From Escherichia coli (lineage in GTDB: Bacteria; Pseudomonadota; Gammaproteobacteria; Enterobacterales; Enterobacteriaceae): 64,000 nt of DNA. Each line of letters begins with the position of its first letter. Position 1 is the stretch's first letter. A program made the translations under genes and the position numbers. The stretch lies in the NCBI RefSeq assembly GCF_003334385.1, contig NZ_QOWN01000024.1. One strand, 5' to 3'. Shown piece by piece: positions 1-11,319 of the stretch. A model generated the notes under the pieces. That model made no database searches. It was not told the DNA's origin and worked only from the letters and a program-made list of their open reading frames with translations.

Positions 1-91
1 CCGCCGGGAGCGGATTTGAACGTTGCGAAGCAACGGCCCGGAGGGTGGCGGGCAGGACGCCCGCCATAAACTGCCAGGCATCAAATTAAGC

Positions 92-122
92 AGAAGGCCA
101 TCCTGACGGATGGCCTTTTTGC
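92..122 (+). terminator. rrn operon distal terminator hairpin (T2-like), GC stem plus T-run
   Basis: Sequence 1-122 matches from memory the rrnB T2 terminator region used in expression vectors; hairpin aaggccatcc-tgac-ggatggcctt followed by ttttt. The chromosomal context (mobB follows) suggests the rrnA operon 3' end. Confidence 0.7.
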
Positions 123-182
123 ATTGGTGCAGAAAAAAATGCCGGATGCGACGCTGGCGCGTCTTATCCAGCCTACTCTTGC

Positions 183-710
183 TTATCCGTTCTGCTTTTG
201 CATCCACTCCACCACAAAATCAGCCAGCCCCTCAACATCATTAATATCCAGTAATGCGACATCAAGATTAAGCGGCACATCACTGGCTACAGCAATAACA
301 TGCCTGTCTATCACTAATTCTTCAGGTCGATGTCCGGCTCCATCGCGAAACAGCACAATCTTTGCGATCTCTTCATGCTTAAACCCTTCGACCAGAATCA
401 AATCCAGCTTTGAGGTATCCATTCGACTTGCGAGAAACTGTAGATCCAGCTCTTCTTCGTCTGGTGTTTCCGTCATCAAGGCCCATCGTTGCTGGCTGGC
501 AACGATGGTTTGTGCCGCGCCAGCCTTGCGCAGCTCATAGCTATCTTTGCCTGGCTTATCGACATCCATATCATGGTGCGTATGCTTAATCAGCCCTGGA
601 CGGATCCCTCTGGCGCATAATGCCGGGATCAGTTTTTTCAAAAGCGTAGTTTTTCCGGTACCACTCCACGCGGCAAAGGCGAGTAACGGTATCATCGTTT
701 TTCCTGCCAT
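183..710 (-). CDS. mobB: molybdopterin-guanine dinucleotide biosynthesis adapter protein MobB
   Basis: 175 aa ORF with Walker A motif GTGKTT; overlaps the mobA stop as in a mobAB operon. Confidence 0.9.
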   Translation of the reverse strand: MAGKTMIPLLAFAAWSGTGKTTLLKKLIPALCARGIRPGLIKHTHHDMDVDKPGKDSYELRKAGAAQTIVASQQRWALMTETPDEEELDLQFLASRMDTSKLDLILVEGFKHEEIAKIVLFRDGAGHRPEELVIDRHVIAVASDVPLNLDVALLDINDVEGLADFVVEWMQKQNG

Positions 711-1276
711 CGGGCAAGCTCCTCTGGCGTATTCACGTTAACAAATGCATCTTTATGATCGCTGAAATCAACCGCATGACCGCCAGCCAGACGCATAAAT
801 GCCATTACCCGGCGTTCTCCTGCTTGCAGATATTCCAGTAATAAAGGCTCAATAGCGCGGTTTACCAGAGCAATAGTCGGGTGATCGCGTTCACCGTCAT
901 GGACCCACACGACAGGCGCATCTTTGCGCTGATGATTAAGCCTTGCTGCTAAATCAGGGGGAATGTAAGGCGTATCGCACGGGCAAAACAAAAACCACTC
1001 ACCAGCTTCCTGCTGCATTACTGAAAGCATTCCTGCCAGAGGGCCTGGGTAATCCGCCAGTGAATCTTCAATCACTTTCAGACCGCCTGCCTGATAGATT
1101 TCCTGATGACGATTAGCATTAACCACGACGTGAGAGAGCTGCGTCATAAGCGCGTCAGCGACATGTTGCCATAATGGTTTGCCGTTTAATTCAAGCAATC
1201 CTTTATCTACGCCGCCCATTCGTCTGGCTTTACCGCCTGCCAGCACAACGCCTGTTATCGTCGTCATCAGATTCAC
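692..1276 (-). CDS. mobA: molybdenum cofactor guanylyltransferase MobA
   Basis: 194 aa ORF with N-terminal [11 protein letters not shown] nucleotide-binding motif; recognised sequence. Confidence 0.9.
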
Positions 1277-1345
1277 CGATATCGCCTCTTTTATTGTGGG
1301 ATTGACCCTGCTAACGTGTCTGTCTCAAGAGTAAGGAGCATCACT

Positions 1346-1615
1346 ATGAAATGTAAACGTCTGAATGAAGTTATTGAACTCCTCCAGCCAGCCTGGCAAA
1401 AAGAGCCAGACCTTAACCTGTTGCAATTTTTGCAGAAATTGGCGAAAGAGTCAGGTTTTGACGGCGAACTGGCGGATTTGACGGATGACATTCTGATCTA
1501 TCACCTGAAAATGCGTGATTCCGCGAAAGATGCGGTGATCCCGGGTTTGCAGAAAGATTATGAAGAAGACTTCAAAACGGCGCTGTTACGCGCTCGCGGC
1601 GTAATTAAAGAGTAA
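1346..1615 (+). CDS. yihD: DUF1040 family protein YihD
   Basis: 89 aa from internal Met MKCKRLNEV, preceded by aggagc RBS; position between mobA and srkA. Confidence 0.8.
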
Positions 1616-1691
1616 AAGCTTGTAAGCGGCGCCACCAAAATCATCGTGAAATGATATCCTTCATCATTCGTAATGTTTTCCGGATGATGGG

Positions 1692-2678
1692 ATGAACAAC
1701 AGCGCTTTTACTTTCCAGACACTACACCCGGATACCATCATGGACGCTCTGTTTGAGCAAGGGATCCGGGTGGATTCCGGTCTTACCCCGCTTAACAGCT
1801 ATGAAAACCGTGTCTATCAATTTCAGGACGAAGATCGTCGACGTTTTGTCGTCAAATTTTATCGTCCTGAACGTTGGACAGCCGATCAAATCCTCGAAGA
1901 ACATCAATTTGCGTTGCAGCTGGTAAATGATGAAGTTCCGGTCGCAGCACCTGTGGCTTTTAACGGTCAGACTTTATTGAATCATCAGGGATTTTATTTC
2001 GCTGTTTTTCCAAGCGTCGGTGGTCGCCAGTTCGAAGCTGATAATATCGATCAGATGGAAGCGGTTGGGCGTTATTTAGGGCGTATGCACCAGACGGGGC
2101 GCAAACAGCTTTTTATCCATCGCCCGACCATCGGTCTGAATGAATATCTCATTGAGCCACGCAAGCTGTTTGAGGACGCTACACTGATACCTTCCGGGTT
2201 GAAAGCGGCATTCCTGAAAGCGACAGATGAGCTGATCGCCGCCGTTACAGCACACTGGCGGGAAGATTTCACCGTTCTGCGGCTACATGGAGACTGCCAC
2301 GCCGGGAATATTCTCTGGCGCGATGGTCCAATGTTTGTTGATCTGGATGATGCACGTAATGGTCCAGCTATTCAGGATTTGTGGATGTTGCTCAATGGCG
2401 ATAAAGCCGAGCAGCGGATGCAACTGGAAACTATTATTGAAGCTTATGAAGAATTTAGCGAGTTCGACACCGCTGAAATCGGACTGATTGAACCTTTACG
2501 CGCCATGCGTTTGGTTTATTATCTTGCCTGGCTAATGCGGCGTTGGGCTGATCCCGCGTTCCCGAAAAATTTCCCGTGGTTAACCGGGGAAGATTACTGG
2601 CTACGACAGACGGCGACTTTTATAGAACAGGCAAAAGTTCTACAAGAACCCCCTTTGCAATTAACACCAATGTATTAA
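1692..2678 (+). CDS. srkA: stress response Ser/Thr protein kinase SrkA (YihE/RdoA)
   Basis: 328 aa ORF, kinase-like motifs (HGDCHAGNILW, DLDD); immediately upstream of dsbA as in K-12. Confidence 0.9.
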   Translation: MNNSAFTFQTLHPDTIMDALFEQGIRVDSGLTPLNSYENRVYQFQDEDRRRFVVKFYRPERWTADQILEEHQFALQLVNDEVPVAAPVAFNGQTLLNHQGFYFAVFPSVGGRQFEADNIDQMEAVGRYLGRMHQTGRKQLFIHRPTIGLNEYLIEPRKLFEDATLIPSGLKAAFLKATDELIAAVTAHWREDFTVLRLHGDCHAGNILWRDGPMFVDLDDARNGPAIQDLWMLLNGDKAEQRMQLETIIEAYEEFSEFDTAEIGLIEPLRAMRLVYYLAWLMRRWADPAFPKNFPWLTGEDYWLRQTATFIEQAKVLQEPPLQLTPMY

Positions 2679-2694
2679 TCGGAGAGAGTAGATC

Positions 2695-3321
2695 ATGAAA
2701 AAGATTTGGCTGGCGCTGGCTGGTTTAGTTTTAGCGTTTAGCGCATCGGCGGCGCAGTATGAAGATGGTAAACAGTACACTACCCTGGAAAAACCGGTAG
2801 CTGGCGCGCCGCAAGTGCTGGAGTTTTTCTCTTTCTTCTGCCCGCACTGCTATCAGTTTGAAGAAGTTCTGCATATTTCTGATAACGTGAAGAAAAAACT
2901 GCCGGAAGGCGTGAAGATGACTAAATACCACGTCAACTTCATGGGGGGGGACGTCGGCAAAGATCTGACTCAGGCATGGGCTGTGGCGATGGCGCTGGGC
3001 GTGGAAGACAAAGTCACTGTTCCGCTGTTTGAAGGCGTACAGAAAACCCAGACCATTCGTTCAGCATCTGATATCCGCGATGTATTTATCAACGCAGGTA
3101 TTAAAGGTGAAGAGTACGACGCGGCCTGGAACAGCTTCGTGGTCAAATCTCTGGTCGCTCAGCAGGAAAAAGCTGCAGCTGACGTGCAATTGCGTGGTGT
3201 TCCGGCGATGTTTGTTAACGGTAAATATCAGCTGAATCCGCAGGGTATGGATACCAGCAATATGGATGTTTTTGTTCAGCAGTATGCTAATACAGTGAAA
3301 TATCTGTCCGAGAAAAAATAA
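2695..3321 (+). CDS. dsbA: periplasmic thiol:disulfide oxidoreductase DsbA
   Basis: 208 aa ORF with signal peptide and CPHC active site (FFCPHCYQF). Confidence 0.95.
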   Translation: MKKIWLALAGLVLAFSASAAQYEDGKQYTTLEKPVAGAPQVLEFFSFFCPHCYQFEEVLHISDNVKKKLPEGVKMTKYHVNFMGGDVGKDLTQAWAVAMALGVEDKVTVPLFEGVQKTQTIRSASDIRDVFINAGIKGEEYDAAWNSFVVKSLVAQQEKAAADVQLRGVPAMFVNGKYQLNPQGMDTSNMDVFVQQYANTVKYLSEKK

Positions 3322-3340
3322 TTCAATGTAAATTACATAA

Positions 3341-3369
3341 AGCCCGTGAATATTCACGGGCTTTTTTTA
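3341..3369 (+). terminator. rho-independent terminator after dsbA
   Basis: Hairpin agcccgtgaatattcacgggct followed by ttttttt. Confidence 0.75.
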
Positions 3370-3475
3370 TTATTTAATAAATATAAATACATTCTGATAA
3401 TGCATCCTGCCGCTGGACATTATTTCAGCATAAGTGGATATTCAAAGTTTTGCTGTTTTATCAGGGAATATTTAT

Positions 3476-4906
3476 ATGATACGTAAGTCAGTTACAGGTG
3501 TTATTGTTGCGTTAGCCGTAATCTGGGGTGGTGGCACATGGTACACAGGTACGCAAATTCAGCCTGGTGTCGAAAAATTTATTAAAGATTTTAACGATGC
3601 TAAAAAGAAAGGTGAACATGCCTACGATATGACGTTAAGTTATCAAAATTTTGACAAAGGCTTTTTTAATTCCCGTTTTCAAATGCAAATGACATTCGAT
3701 AACGGTGCACCCGATCTCAATATCAAGCCAGGCCAGAAAGTTGTATTTGATGTGGATGTTGAGCACGGTCCGTTGCCCATCACAATGTTAATGCATGGTA
3801 ATGTCATCCCAGCACTGGCAGCGGCAAAAGTGAACTTAGTGAATAATGAACTGACACAACCGCTATTTATCGCCGCGAAAAATAAATCGCCCGTGGAAGC
3901 GACATTGCGATTCGCGTTTGGTGGCTCATTCTCTACGACATTAGATGTTGCCCCTGCAGAGTATGGAAAGTTTTCTTTTGGTGAGGGCCAGTTTACTTTT
4001 AATGGTGATGGTAGTTCATTGTCTAACCTGGATATTGAAGGCAAAGTCGAAGATATTGTTCTGCAATTATCACCAATGAACAAAGTAACGGCAAAAAGTT
4101 TTACCATTGATTCTCTGGCGCGATTAGAAGAAAAGAAATTTCCGGTTGGTGAAAGCGAGTCGAAATTTAATCAGATTAACATTATCAATCACGGGGAAGA
4201 CGTTGCCCAAATCGATGCTTTCGTTGCAAAAACCAGGCTGGATCGCGTTAAAGACAAAGATTATATCAATGTCAATCTGACCTACGAACTTGATAAGTTA
4301 ACAAAAGGGAATCAGCAACTCGGTAGTGGTGAGTGGTCATTGATTGCTGAATCTATTGATCCCTCAGCAGTGCGCCAATTTATCATCCAGTATAACATTG
4401 CGATGCAGAAGCAGCTTGCTGCACATCCTGAGTTAGCAAACGATGAAGTTGCTCTGCAAGAAGTGAATGCTGCATTGTTCAAAGAGTATTTACCGTTATT
4501 ACAACAAAGTGAGCCGGCCATTAAACAACCGGTAAGATGGAAGAACGCACTCGGCGAACTAAATGCCAATCTGGATATCAGTATTGCCGACCCAGCCAAA
4601 TCTTCATCATCCACAAACAAAGATATCAAATCGCTCAATTTTGATGTGAAGTTACCGCTTAATGTCGCCACAGAAACCGCAAAACAGCTTAATTTATCTG
4701 AAGGAATGGATGCGGAAAAAGCGCAAAAGCAGGCTGATAAACAAATCAGCGGGATGATGACATTAGGTCAGATGTTTCAGTTAATCACGATTGACAACAA
4801 TACCGCCTCGCTGCAGCTGCGTTATACACCGGGTAAAGTTGTTTTTAACGGACAGGAGATGAGCGAAGAAGAATTTATGTCTCGTGCCGGACGTTTTGTT
4901 CATTAA
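3476..4906 (+). CDS. yihF: DUF945 family protein YihF
   Basis: 476 aa from Met MIRKSVTG with N-terminal hydrophobic segment; the six-frame ORF extends 14 codons upstream (3434). Confidence 0.8.
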   Translation: MIRKSVTGVIVALAVIWGGGTWYTGTQIQPGVEKFIKDFNDAKKKGEHAYDMTLSYQNFDKGFFNSRFQMQMTFDNGAPDLNIKPGQKVVFDVDVEHGPLPITMLMHGNVIPALAAAKVNLVNNELTQPLFIAAKNKSPVEATLRFAFGGSFSTTLDVAPAEYGKFSFGEGQFTFNGDGSSLSNLDIEGKVEDIVLQLSPMNKVTAKSFTIDSLARLEEKKFPVGESESKFNQINIINHGEDVAQIDAFVAKTRLDRVKDKDYINVNLTYELDKLTKGNQQLGSGEWSLIAESIDPSAVRQFIIQYNIAMQKQLAAHPELANDEVALQEVNAALFKEYLPLLQQSEPAIKQPVRWKNALGELNANLDISIADPAKSSSSTNKDIKSLNFDVKLPLNVATETAKQLNLSEGMDAEKAQKQADKQISGMMTLGQMFQLITIDNNTASLQLRYTPGKVVFNGQEMSEEEFMSRAGRFVH

Positions 4907-4912
4907 AATACT

Positions 4913-4940
4913 CACTCGCCTCTGCTCATTCAGAGGCGAG
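4913..4940. terminator. bidirectional terminator hairpin between convergent yihF and yihG
   Basis: Palindrome actcgcctctgctcattcagaggcgagt between two convergent stop codons. Confidence 0.6.
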
Positions 4941-4946
4941 TAAAAC

Positions 4947-5879
4947 TTACTTATTCTGACGCTGTGATGACATGAGAGACGTCAGAAGCCGGTCTTTTTC
5001 CTGCCACAATGAGTTCAGCCATTGCTGAAAATGGCGCTTAAAGCTTTTGTCATTGATGTAGTCGCCATGTAACTCATCGGCAATAGGCTGTAAATCCACA
5101 TGTACGACAATCCGCGTCAGTTTACCGCTTAACATATCGAAGAACGGCTGACGGTTATTGTCCGGATAACACAGCGTAACATTAAGCAGTTTATCGAATT
5201 GTTTACCCAGTACATTTAGCGCCATCGCAATGCCTGCCGCCTTTGGTGGCAACAAGTTTTGAAAAGTGGAGTGGGTTTGCTGATGTTTTTCTTGCGTGAA
5301 ACGGGAGCCTTCAACGAAATTGACAATGGTGGTGGGATGCAGGCGAAACTTTTCACAAGAACGCCGAGTGGTTTCAACATCTTTACCACGTCGCTCCGGA
5401 TGACGTAATAAATAAGCGTGGGAATAACGCTTCATAAACGGCATATCCAGCGCCCAGCACGCCAGGCCAAGAAATGGCACCCAGGCCAGCTGTTGCTTGA
5501 GGAAATATTTATTCATCGGAATGTGCTTACGAAACAGCACGCACAGTACGACAATATCTGCCCAACTACGGTGGTTACAAATAAGCAGATACCAGTTCTT
5601 CTTACTTAACCCTTCCAGCCCGTGAACTTCCCATTGCAGGTGTGGGTTCAGATGCAGTAATACCGCCAGACCTTCACACCAGCAATACATCATAAAATCA
5701 CAAAAACGCGAAACCTTTCGCCAAATGACTGGCACAGGTAGCAATAGTTTTACAATCCCGGCAATGATGATCGGGACGGAACAAAAAATAGTGACCAAAA
5801 TGGTCAATACGATACTCAGCAAAAGGGTTATCGCAGCGAGTATTCTCGTCATAATGAATTTATTCAAAAGGTTAGCCAT
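4947..5879 (-). CDS. yihG: PlsC-family acyltransferase YihG
   Basis: 310 aa from Met MANLLNKF (ORF extends to 5903); HxxxxD-type acyltransferase motif (CNHRSWAD) and transmembrane N-terminus. Confidence 0.85.
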   Translation of the reverse strand: MANLLNKFIMTRILAAITLLLSIVLTILVTIFCSVPIIIAGIVKLLLPVPVIWRKVSRFCDFMMYCWCEGLAVLLHLNPHLQWEVHGLEGLSKKNWYLLICNHRSWADIVVLCVLFRKHIPMNKYFLKQQLAWVPFLGLACWALDMPFMKRYSHAYLLRHPERRGKDVETTRRSCEKFRLHPTTIVNFVEGSRFTQEKHQQTHSTFQNLLPPKAAGIAMALNVLGKQFDKLLNVTLCYPDNNRQPFFDMLSGKLTRIVVHVDLQPIADELHGDYINDKSFKRHFQQWLNSLWQEKDRLLTSLMSSQRQNK

Positions 5880-6109
5880 AGACAGTGCGCTAAAGAAGCG
5901 CAAGGCGCAGATTTTAGCAGAAAACGACCCAAATAACGGATGATCCTTAAGGAGAAAAATAATTCATATCTATCCACATTAGAAAAAATCCCATTATCTC
6001 AATTATCAGGGATGGCTTTACTTTTAACTGCATGAAAAACAAAGACAAGCATCATGCTGTAAAAAGCATGATAATAAATTAAAAGCGATGTAAATAATTT
6101 ATGCACAAA

Positions 6110-6118
6110 GTTATCCAC
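6110..6118 (+). promoter_or_regulatory. DnaA box (TTATCCACA) in polA promoter region; second near-match CTATCCACA at 5970-5978
   Basis: Exact 9-mer consensus upstream of the polA start; polA is reported to be DnaA-regulated. Confidence 0.5.
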
Positions 6119-6242
6119 ATGACGATTTGCGAGCGATCCAGAAGATCTACAAAAGATTTTCACGAAAAGCGGTGAAAAACTCATGTTTTTATCCTGTCTG
6201 TGGCATCCTTTACCCATAATCTGATAAACAGGCACGGACATT

Positions 6243-9029
6243 ATGGTTCAGATCCCCCAAAATCCACTTATCCTTGTAGATGGTTCATCTTATCTTTATC
6301 GCGCATATCACGCGTTTCCTCCGCTGACTAACAGCGCAGGCGAGCCGACCGGTGCGATGTATGGTGTCCTCAACATGCTGCGCAGTCTGATCATGCAATA
6401 TAAACCGACGCATGCAGCGGTGGTCTTTGACGCCAAGGGAAAAACCTTTCGTGATGAACTGTTTGAACATTACAAATCACATCGCCCGCCAATGCCGGAC
6501 GATCTGCGTGCACAAATCGAACCCTTGCACGCGATGGTTAAAGCGATGGGACTGCCGCTGCTGGCGGTTTCTGGCGTAGAAGCGGACGACGTTATCGGTA
6601 CTCTGGCGCGCGAAGCCGAAAAAGCCGGGCGTCCGGTGCTGATCAGCACTGGCGATAAAGATATGGCGCAGCTGGTGACGCCAAATATTACGCTTATCAA
6701 TACCATGACGAATACCATCCTCGGACCGGAAGAGGTGGTGAATAAGTACGGCGTGCCGCCAGAACTGATCATCGATTTCCTGGCGCTGATGGGTGACTCC
6801 TCTGATAACATTCCTGGCGTACCGGGCGTCGGTGAAAAAACCGCGCAGGCATTGCTGCAAGGTCTTGGCGGGCTGGATACGCTGTATGCCGAGCCAGAAA
6901 AAATTGCTGGGTTGAGCTTCCGTGGCGCGAAAACAATGGCAGCGAAGCTCGAGCAAAACAAAGAAGTTGCTTATCTCTCATACCAGCTGGCGACGATTAA
7001 AACCGACGTTGAACTGGAGCTGACCTGTGAACAACTGGAAGTGCAGCAACCGGCAGCGGAAGAGTTGTTGGGGCTGTTCAAAAAGTATGAGTTCAAACGC
7101 TGGACTGCTGATGTCGAAGCGGGCAAATGGTTACAGGCCAAAGGGGCAAAACCCGCCGCGAAGCCACAGGAAACCAGTGTTGCAGACGAAGCACCAGAAG
7201 TGACGGCAACGGTGATTTCTTATGACAACTACGTCACCATCCTTGATGAAGAAACACTGAAAGCGTGGATTGCGAAGCTGGAAAAAGCGCCGGTATTTGC
7301 ATTTGATACCGAAACCGACAGCCTTGATAACATCTCTGCTAACCTGGTCGGGCTTTCTTTTGCTATCGAGCCAGGCGTAGCGGCATATATTCCGGTTGCT
7401 CATGATTATCTTGATGCGCCCGATCAAATCTCTCGCGAGCGTGCACTCGAGTTGCTAAAACCGCTGCTGGAAGATGAAAAGGCGCTGAAGGTCGGGCAAA
7501 ACCTGAAATACGATCGCGGTATTCTGGCGAATTACGGCATTGAGCTGCGTGGGATTGCGTTTGATACCATGCTGGAGTCCTACATTCTCAATAGCGTTGC
7601 CGGGCGTCACGATATGGACAGCCTCGCGGAACGTTGGTTGAAGCACAAAACCATCACTTTTGAAGAGATTGCGGGTAAAGGCAAAAATCAACTGACCTTT
7701 AACCAGATTGCCCTCGAAGAGGCCGGACGTTACGCCGCCGAAGATGCGGATGTCACCTTGCAGTTGCATCTGAAAATGTGGCCAGATCTGCAAAAACACA
7801 AAGGGCCGTTGAACGTCTTCGAGAATATCGAAATGCCGCTGGTGCCGGTGCTTTCACGCATTGAACGTAACGGTGTGAAGATCGATCCGAAAGTGCTGCA
7901 CAATCATTCTGAAGAGCTTACCTTGCGTCTGGCTGAGCTGGAAAAGAAAGCGCATGAAATTGCAGGTGAGGAATTTAACCTTTCTTCCACCAAGCAGTTA
8001 CAAACCATTCTATTTGAAAAACAGGGCATTAAACCGCTGAAGAAAACGCCGGGTGGCGCGCCGTCAACGTCGGAAGAGGTACTGGAAGAACTGGCGCTGG
8101 ACTATCCGTTGCCAAAAGTGATTCTGGAGTATCGTGGTCTGGCGAAGCTGAAATCGACCTACACCGACAAGCTGCCGCTGATGATCAACCCGAAAACCGG
8201 GCGTGTGCATACCTCTTATCACCAGGCAGTAACTGCAACGGGACGTTTATCGTCAACCGATCCTAACCTGCAAAACATTCCGGTACGTAACGAAGAAGGT
8301 CGCCGTATCCGCCAGGCGTTTATTGCGCCAGAGGATTATGTGATTGTCTCAGCGGACTACTCGCAGATTGAACTGCGCATTATGGCGCATCTCTCGCGTG
8401 ACAAAGGCTTGCTGACCGCATTCGCGGAAGGAAAAGATATCCACCGGGCAACGGCGGCAGAAGTGTTTGGTTTGCCACTGGAAACCGTCACCAGCGAGCA
8501 ACGCCGTAGCGCGAAAGCGATCAACTTTGGTCTGATTTATGGCATGAGTGCTTTCGGTCTGGCGCGGCAATTGAACATTCCACGTAAAGAAGCGCAGAAG
8601 TACATGGACCTTTACTTCGAACGCTACCCTGGCGTGCCGGAGTATATGGAACGCACCCGTGCTCAGGCGAAAGAGCAGGGCTACGTTGAAACGCTGGACG
8701 GACGCCGTCTGTATCTGCCGGATATCAAATCCAGCAATGGTGCTCGTCGTGCAGCGGCTGAACGTGCAGCCATTAACGCGCCAATGCAGGGAACCGCCGC
8801 CGACATTATCAAACGGGCGATGATTGCCGTTGATGCGTGGTTACAGGCTGAGCAACCGCGTGTACGTATGATCATGCAGGTACACGATGAACTGGTATTT
8901 GAAGTTCATAGAGATGATGTCGATGCCGTTGCGAAGCAGATTCATCAACTGATGGAAAACTGTACCCGTCTGGATGTGCCGTTGCTGGTGGAAGTGGGGA
9001 GTGGCGAAAACTGGGATCAGGCGCACTAA
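6243..9029 (+). CDS. polA: DNA polymerase I
   Basis: 928 aa ORF; 5'-3' exonuclease, 3'-5' exonuclease and polymerase domains (e.g. [23 protein letters not shown]). Confidence 0.97.
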   Translation: MVQIPQNPLILVDGSSYLYRAYHAFPPLTNSAGEPTGAMYGVLNMLRSLIMQYKPTHAAVVFDAKGKTFRDELFEHYKSHRPPMPDDLRAQIEPLHAMVKAMGLPLLAVSGVEADDVIGTLAREAEKAGRPVLISTGDKDMAQLVTPNITLINTMTNTILGPEEVVNKYGVPPELIIDFLALMGDSSDNIPGVPGVGEKTAQALLQGLGGLDTLYAEPEKIAGLSFRGAKTMAAKLEQNKEVAYLSYQLATIKTDVELELTCEQLEVQQPAAEELLGLFKKYEFKRWTADVEAGKWLQAKGAKPAAKPQETSVADEAPEVTATVISYDNYVTILDEETLKAWIAKLEKAPVFAFDTETDSLDNISANLVGLSFAIEPGVAAYIPVAHDYLDAPDQISRERALELLKPLLEDEKALKVGQNLKYDRGILANYGIELRGIAFDTMLESYILNSVAGRHDMDSLAERWLKHKTITFEEIAGKGKNQLTFNQIALEEAGRYAAEDADVTLQLHLKMWPDLQKHKGPLNVFENIEMPLVPVLSRIERNGVKIDPKVLHNHSEELTLRLAELEKKAHEIAGEEFNLSSTKQLQTILFEKQGIKPLKKTPGGAPSTSEEVLEELALDYPLPKVILEYRGLAKLKSTYTDKLPLMINPKTGRVHTSYHQAVTATGRLSSTDPNLQNIPVRNEEGRRIRQAFIAPEDYVIVSADYSQIELRIMAHLSRDKGLLTAFAEGKDIHRATAAEVFGLPLETVTSEQRRSAKAINFGLIYGMSAFGLARQLNIPRKEAQKYMDLYFERYPGVPEYMERTRAQAKEQGYVETLDGRRLYLPDIKSSNGARRAAAERAAINAPMQGTAADIIKRAMIAVDAWLQAEQPRVRMIMQVHDELVFEVHRDDVDAVAKQIHQLMENCTRLDVPLLVEVGSGENWDQAH

Positions 9030-9176
9030 GATTCGCCTGAACATGCCCTTTTTTCGTAAGTAAGCAACATAAGCTGTCACGTTTTGTGATGGCTATTAGA
9101 AATTCCTATGCAACAACTGAAAAAAAATTACAAAAAGTGCTTTCTGAACTGAACAAAAAAGAGTAAAGTTAGTCGC

Positions 9177-9285
9177 GTAGGGTACAGAGGTAAGATGTTC
9201 TATCTTTCAGACCTTTTACTTCACGTAATCGGATTTGGCTGAATATTTTAGCCGCCCCAGTCAGTAATGACTGGGGCGTTTTTTA
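9177..9285 (+). ncRNA. spf: Spot 42 small RNA
   Basis: Recognised sequence gtagggtacagaggtaagatgttctatc... ending in terminator hairpin ccccagtcagtaatgactgggg plus T-run; located between polA and engB. Confidence 0.9.
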
Positions 9286-9410
9286 TTGAGCGAAAGAAAA
9301 AATCCGCAATGCCTGATGCGCCATGTTTATCAGGCCAACGGTAGAATTGTAATCTATTGAATTTACGGGCCGGATACGCCACATCCGGCACAAGCATTAA
9401 GGCAAGAAAA

Positions 9411-10043
9411 TTATTCGCCGTCCTGCGTTTCTTCTACAGGCTGCATCTCGCTAAACCAGGTATCCAGTTTCTGCCGCAGCTTGTCCACGCCTTGTTTCTT
9501 CAACGAAGAAAACGTTTCAACCTGCACATCACCGTTAAACGCCAGTACAGCTTCACGCACCATATTCAATTGCGCTTTACGTGCGCCGCTTGCCAGTTTG
9601 TCCGCTTTGGTCAGCAACACCAGCACGGCGATATTGCTGTCTACCGCCCACTCAATCATCTGCTGATCCAAATCTTTCAGCGGATGGCGAATATCCATTA
9701 GCACCACCAGACCTTGCAGGCTCTGACGTTTTTCGAGGTACTCGCCGAGCGCGCGCTGCCATTTGCGCTTCATCTCTTCCGGGACTTCCGCATAACCGTA
9801 CCCAGGCAAGTCAACCAGACGCTTGCCGTCAGCCACTTCAAACAGGTTGATAAGCTGGGTGCGTCCAGGGGTTTTTGAGGTACGAGCCAGGCTTTTCTGG
9901 TTAGTCAGCGTGTTCAGCGCGCTGGATTTACCTGCGTTGGAACGGCCTGCAAAAGCCACTTCAATTCCGGTATCGGAAGGTAGGTGGCGAATATCAGGCG
10001 CACTCATCACAAAATGCGTCTGTTGATAATTCAAATTAGTCAA
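9411..10043 (-). CDS. engB: ribosome biogenesis GTPase EngB (YihA)
   Basis: 210 aa ORF with G1 motif GRSNAGKSS and G4 LLTKADK. Confidence 0.93.
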
Positions 10044-10313
10044 AGCGGTCGTCTCCGTCAGTCAAAGCTTTGTGGCGATTATACCTGAACCATAATAAAA
10101 GGCGGATTTTTCGGCGTGAGCGTTGTAAGTAAAAGCCATACGCTTTGTGAGACATTGCCGATAGTCTTTATGCGAAATAGCAGAGAAAATTCTGCGATGC
10201 ATGTCAAATAAGCTATATAAATCAGTGAATTGCTTTTATATAAAACTCTGAAAATGTGCAAATACTGATGGCGGTTGATTGTTTGTTTAAAGCAAAGGCG
10301 TAAAGTAACACCC

Positions 10314-10556
10314 ATAGAGCGAGGACGCTAACAGGAACAATGACTCAGGATGAGGGTCAGGAGCGCCAGGAGGCGAAGACAGAGGATTGTCAGGAAGACA
10401 AACGTCCGGAGACGTAATTAAACGGAAATGGAATCAACACGGATTGTTCCGGCTAATGGAAAAACAGGGTGTGTTGGCGGCCTGCAAGGATTGTAAGACC
10501 CGTTAAGGGTTATGAGTCAGGAAAAAAGGCGACAGAGTAATCTGTCGCCTTTTTTC
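10314..10556 (+). ncRNA. csrC: CsrC small RNA (CsrA-sequestering)
   Basis: About 245 nt non-coding stretch rich in GGA-containing motifs (aggacg, caggaa, caggat, caggag, ccagga, ggagac), ending in hairpin ggcgacagagtaatctgtcgcc plus T-run; sits between engB and yihI. Confidence 0.85.
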
Positions 10557-10624
10557 TTTGCTTGCTTTCTGTTAGATTCCGCCGCAAATCTATACTGAAT
10601 AAAACGGCTAAAAGACGAACCATT

Positions 10625-11131
10625 ATGAAACCATCTTCACCATCACGCAGCAAAGGTCATGCAAAAGCGCGTCGCAAAACGCGCGAAGAGCTGAATCAGG
10701 AAGCTCGTGACCGCAAGCGTCAGAAAAAACGTCGTGGTCATGCGCCGGGCAGCCGCGCAGCGGGCGGTAACACCACGTCAGGCAGCAAAGGCCAGAACGT
10801 ACCAAAAGATCCACGTATTGGCAGTAAAACCCCTATTCCATTGGGCGTGACTGAAAAAGTCACCAAACAGCACAAACCGAAGAGTGAGAAACCTATGCTT
10901 TCACCGCAGGCGGAGTTGGAGTTACTGGAAACGGATGAGCGTCTGGATGCGCTGCTGGAACGTCTGGAAGCAGGCGAAACCCTGAGTGCCGAAGAGCAAT
11001 CCTGGGTGGATGCTAAACTGGATCGTATTGATGAGTTGATGCAGAAACTCGGCCTCTCTTATGACGATGACGAAGAAGAGGAAGAAGACGAGAAGCAAGA
11101 AGACATGATGCGTCTGCTGCGGGGCAACTAA
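10625..11131 (+). CDS. yihI: Der GTPase-activating protein YihI
   Basis: 169 aa from Met [11 protein letters not shown]; basic N-terminus and acidic [11 protein letters not shown]-terminus. Confidence 0.88.
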   Translation: MKPSSPSRSKGHAKARRKTREELNQEARDRKRQKKRRGHAPGSRAAGGNTTSGSKGQNVPKDPRIGSKTPIPLGVTEKVTKQHKPKSEKPMLSPQAELELLETDERLDALLERLEAGETLSAEEQSWVDAKLDRIDELMQKLGLSYDDDEEEEEDEKQEDMMRLLRGN

Positions 11132-11319
11132 CGGATTGCCGCCGTGGGCCTTCCCGTTCTGCTGATAACCCTTCCGGTTATATGTTATCTGGTGTGGTTA
11201 TTCGTTAAACTACAGCGGTTGTCGCGGCGACAAAAGTGGCTGCGCAACCGGCTGATGACCCGAAACGGGCATCCGCCGGTACGCCGTAGCCGCCAGAGAC
11301 GCCATCGGAAGGAGTGAGC

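Noticed and set aside
1-122. Sequence identical to the rrnB T2 terminator segment found in many expression vectors (possible vector contamination)
   Set aside because: It runs straight into native mobB/mobA, where the rrnA operon ends on the chromosome. rrn operons share near-identical 3' regions, so this is chromosomal, not vector.
124-540. 138-aa plus-strand ORF
   Set aside because: Overlaps mobB on the opposite strand; Ser/Thr-rich low-complexity product.
6470-6981. Several 70-160 aa minus-strand ORFs
   Set aside because: Antisense within polA.
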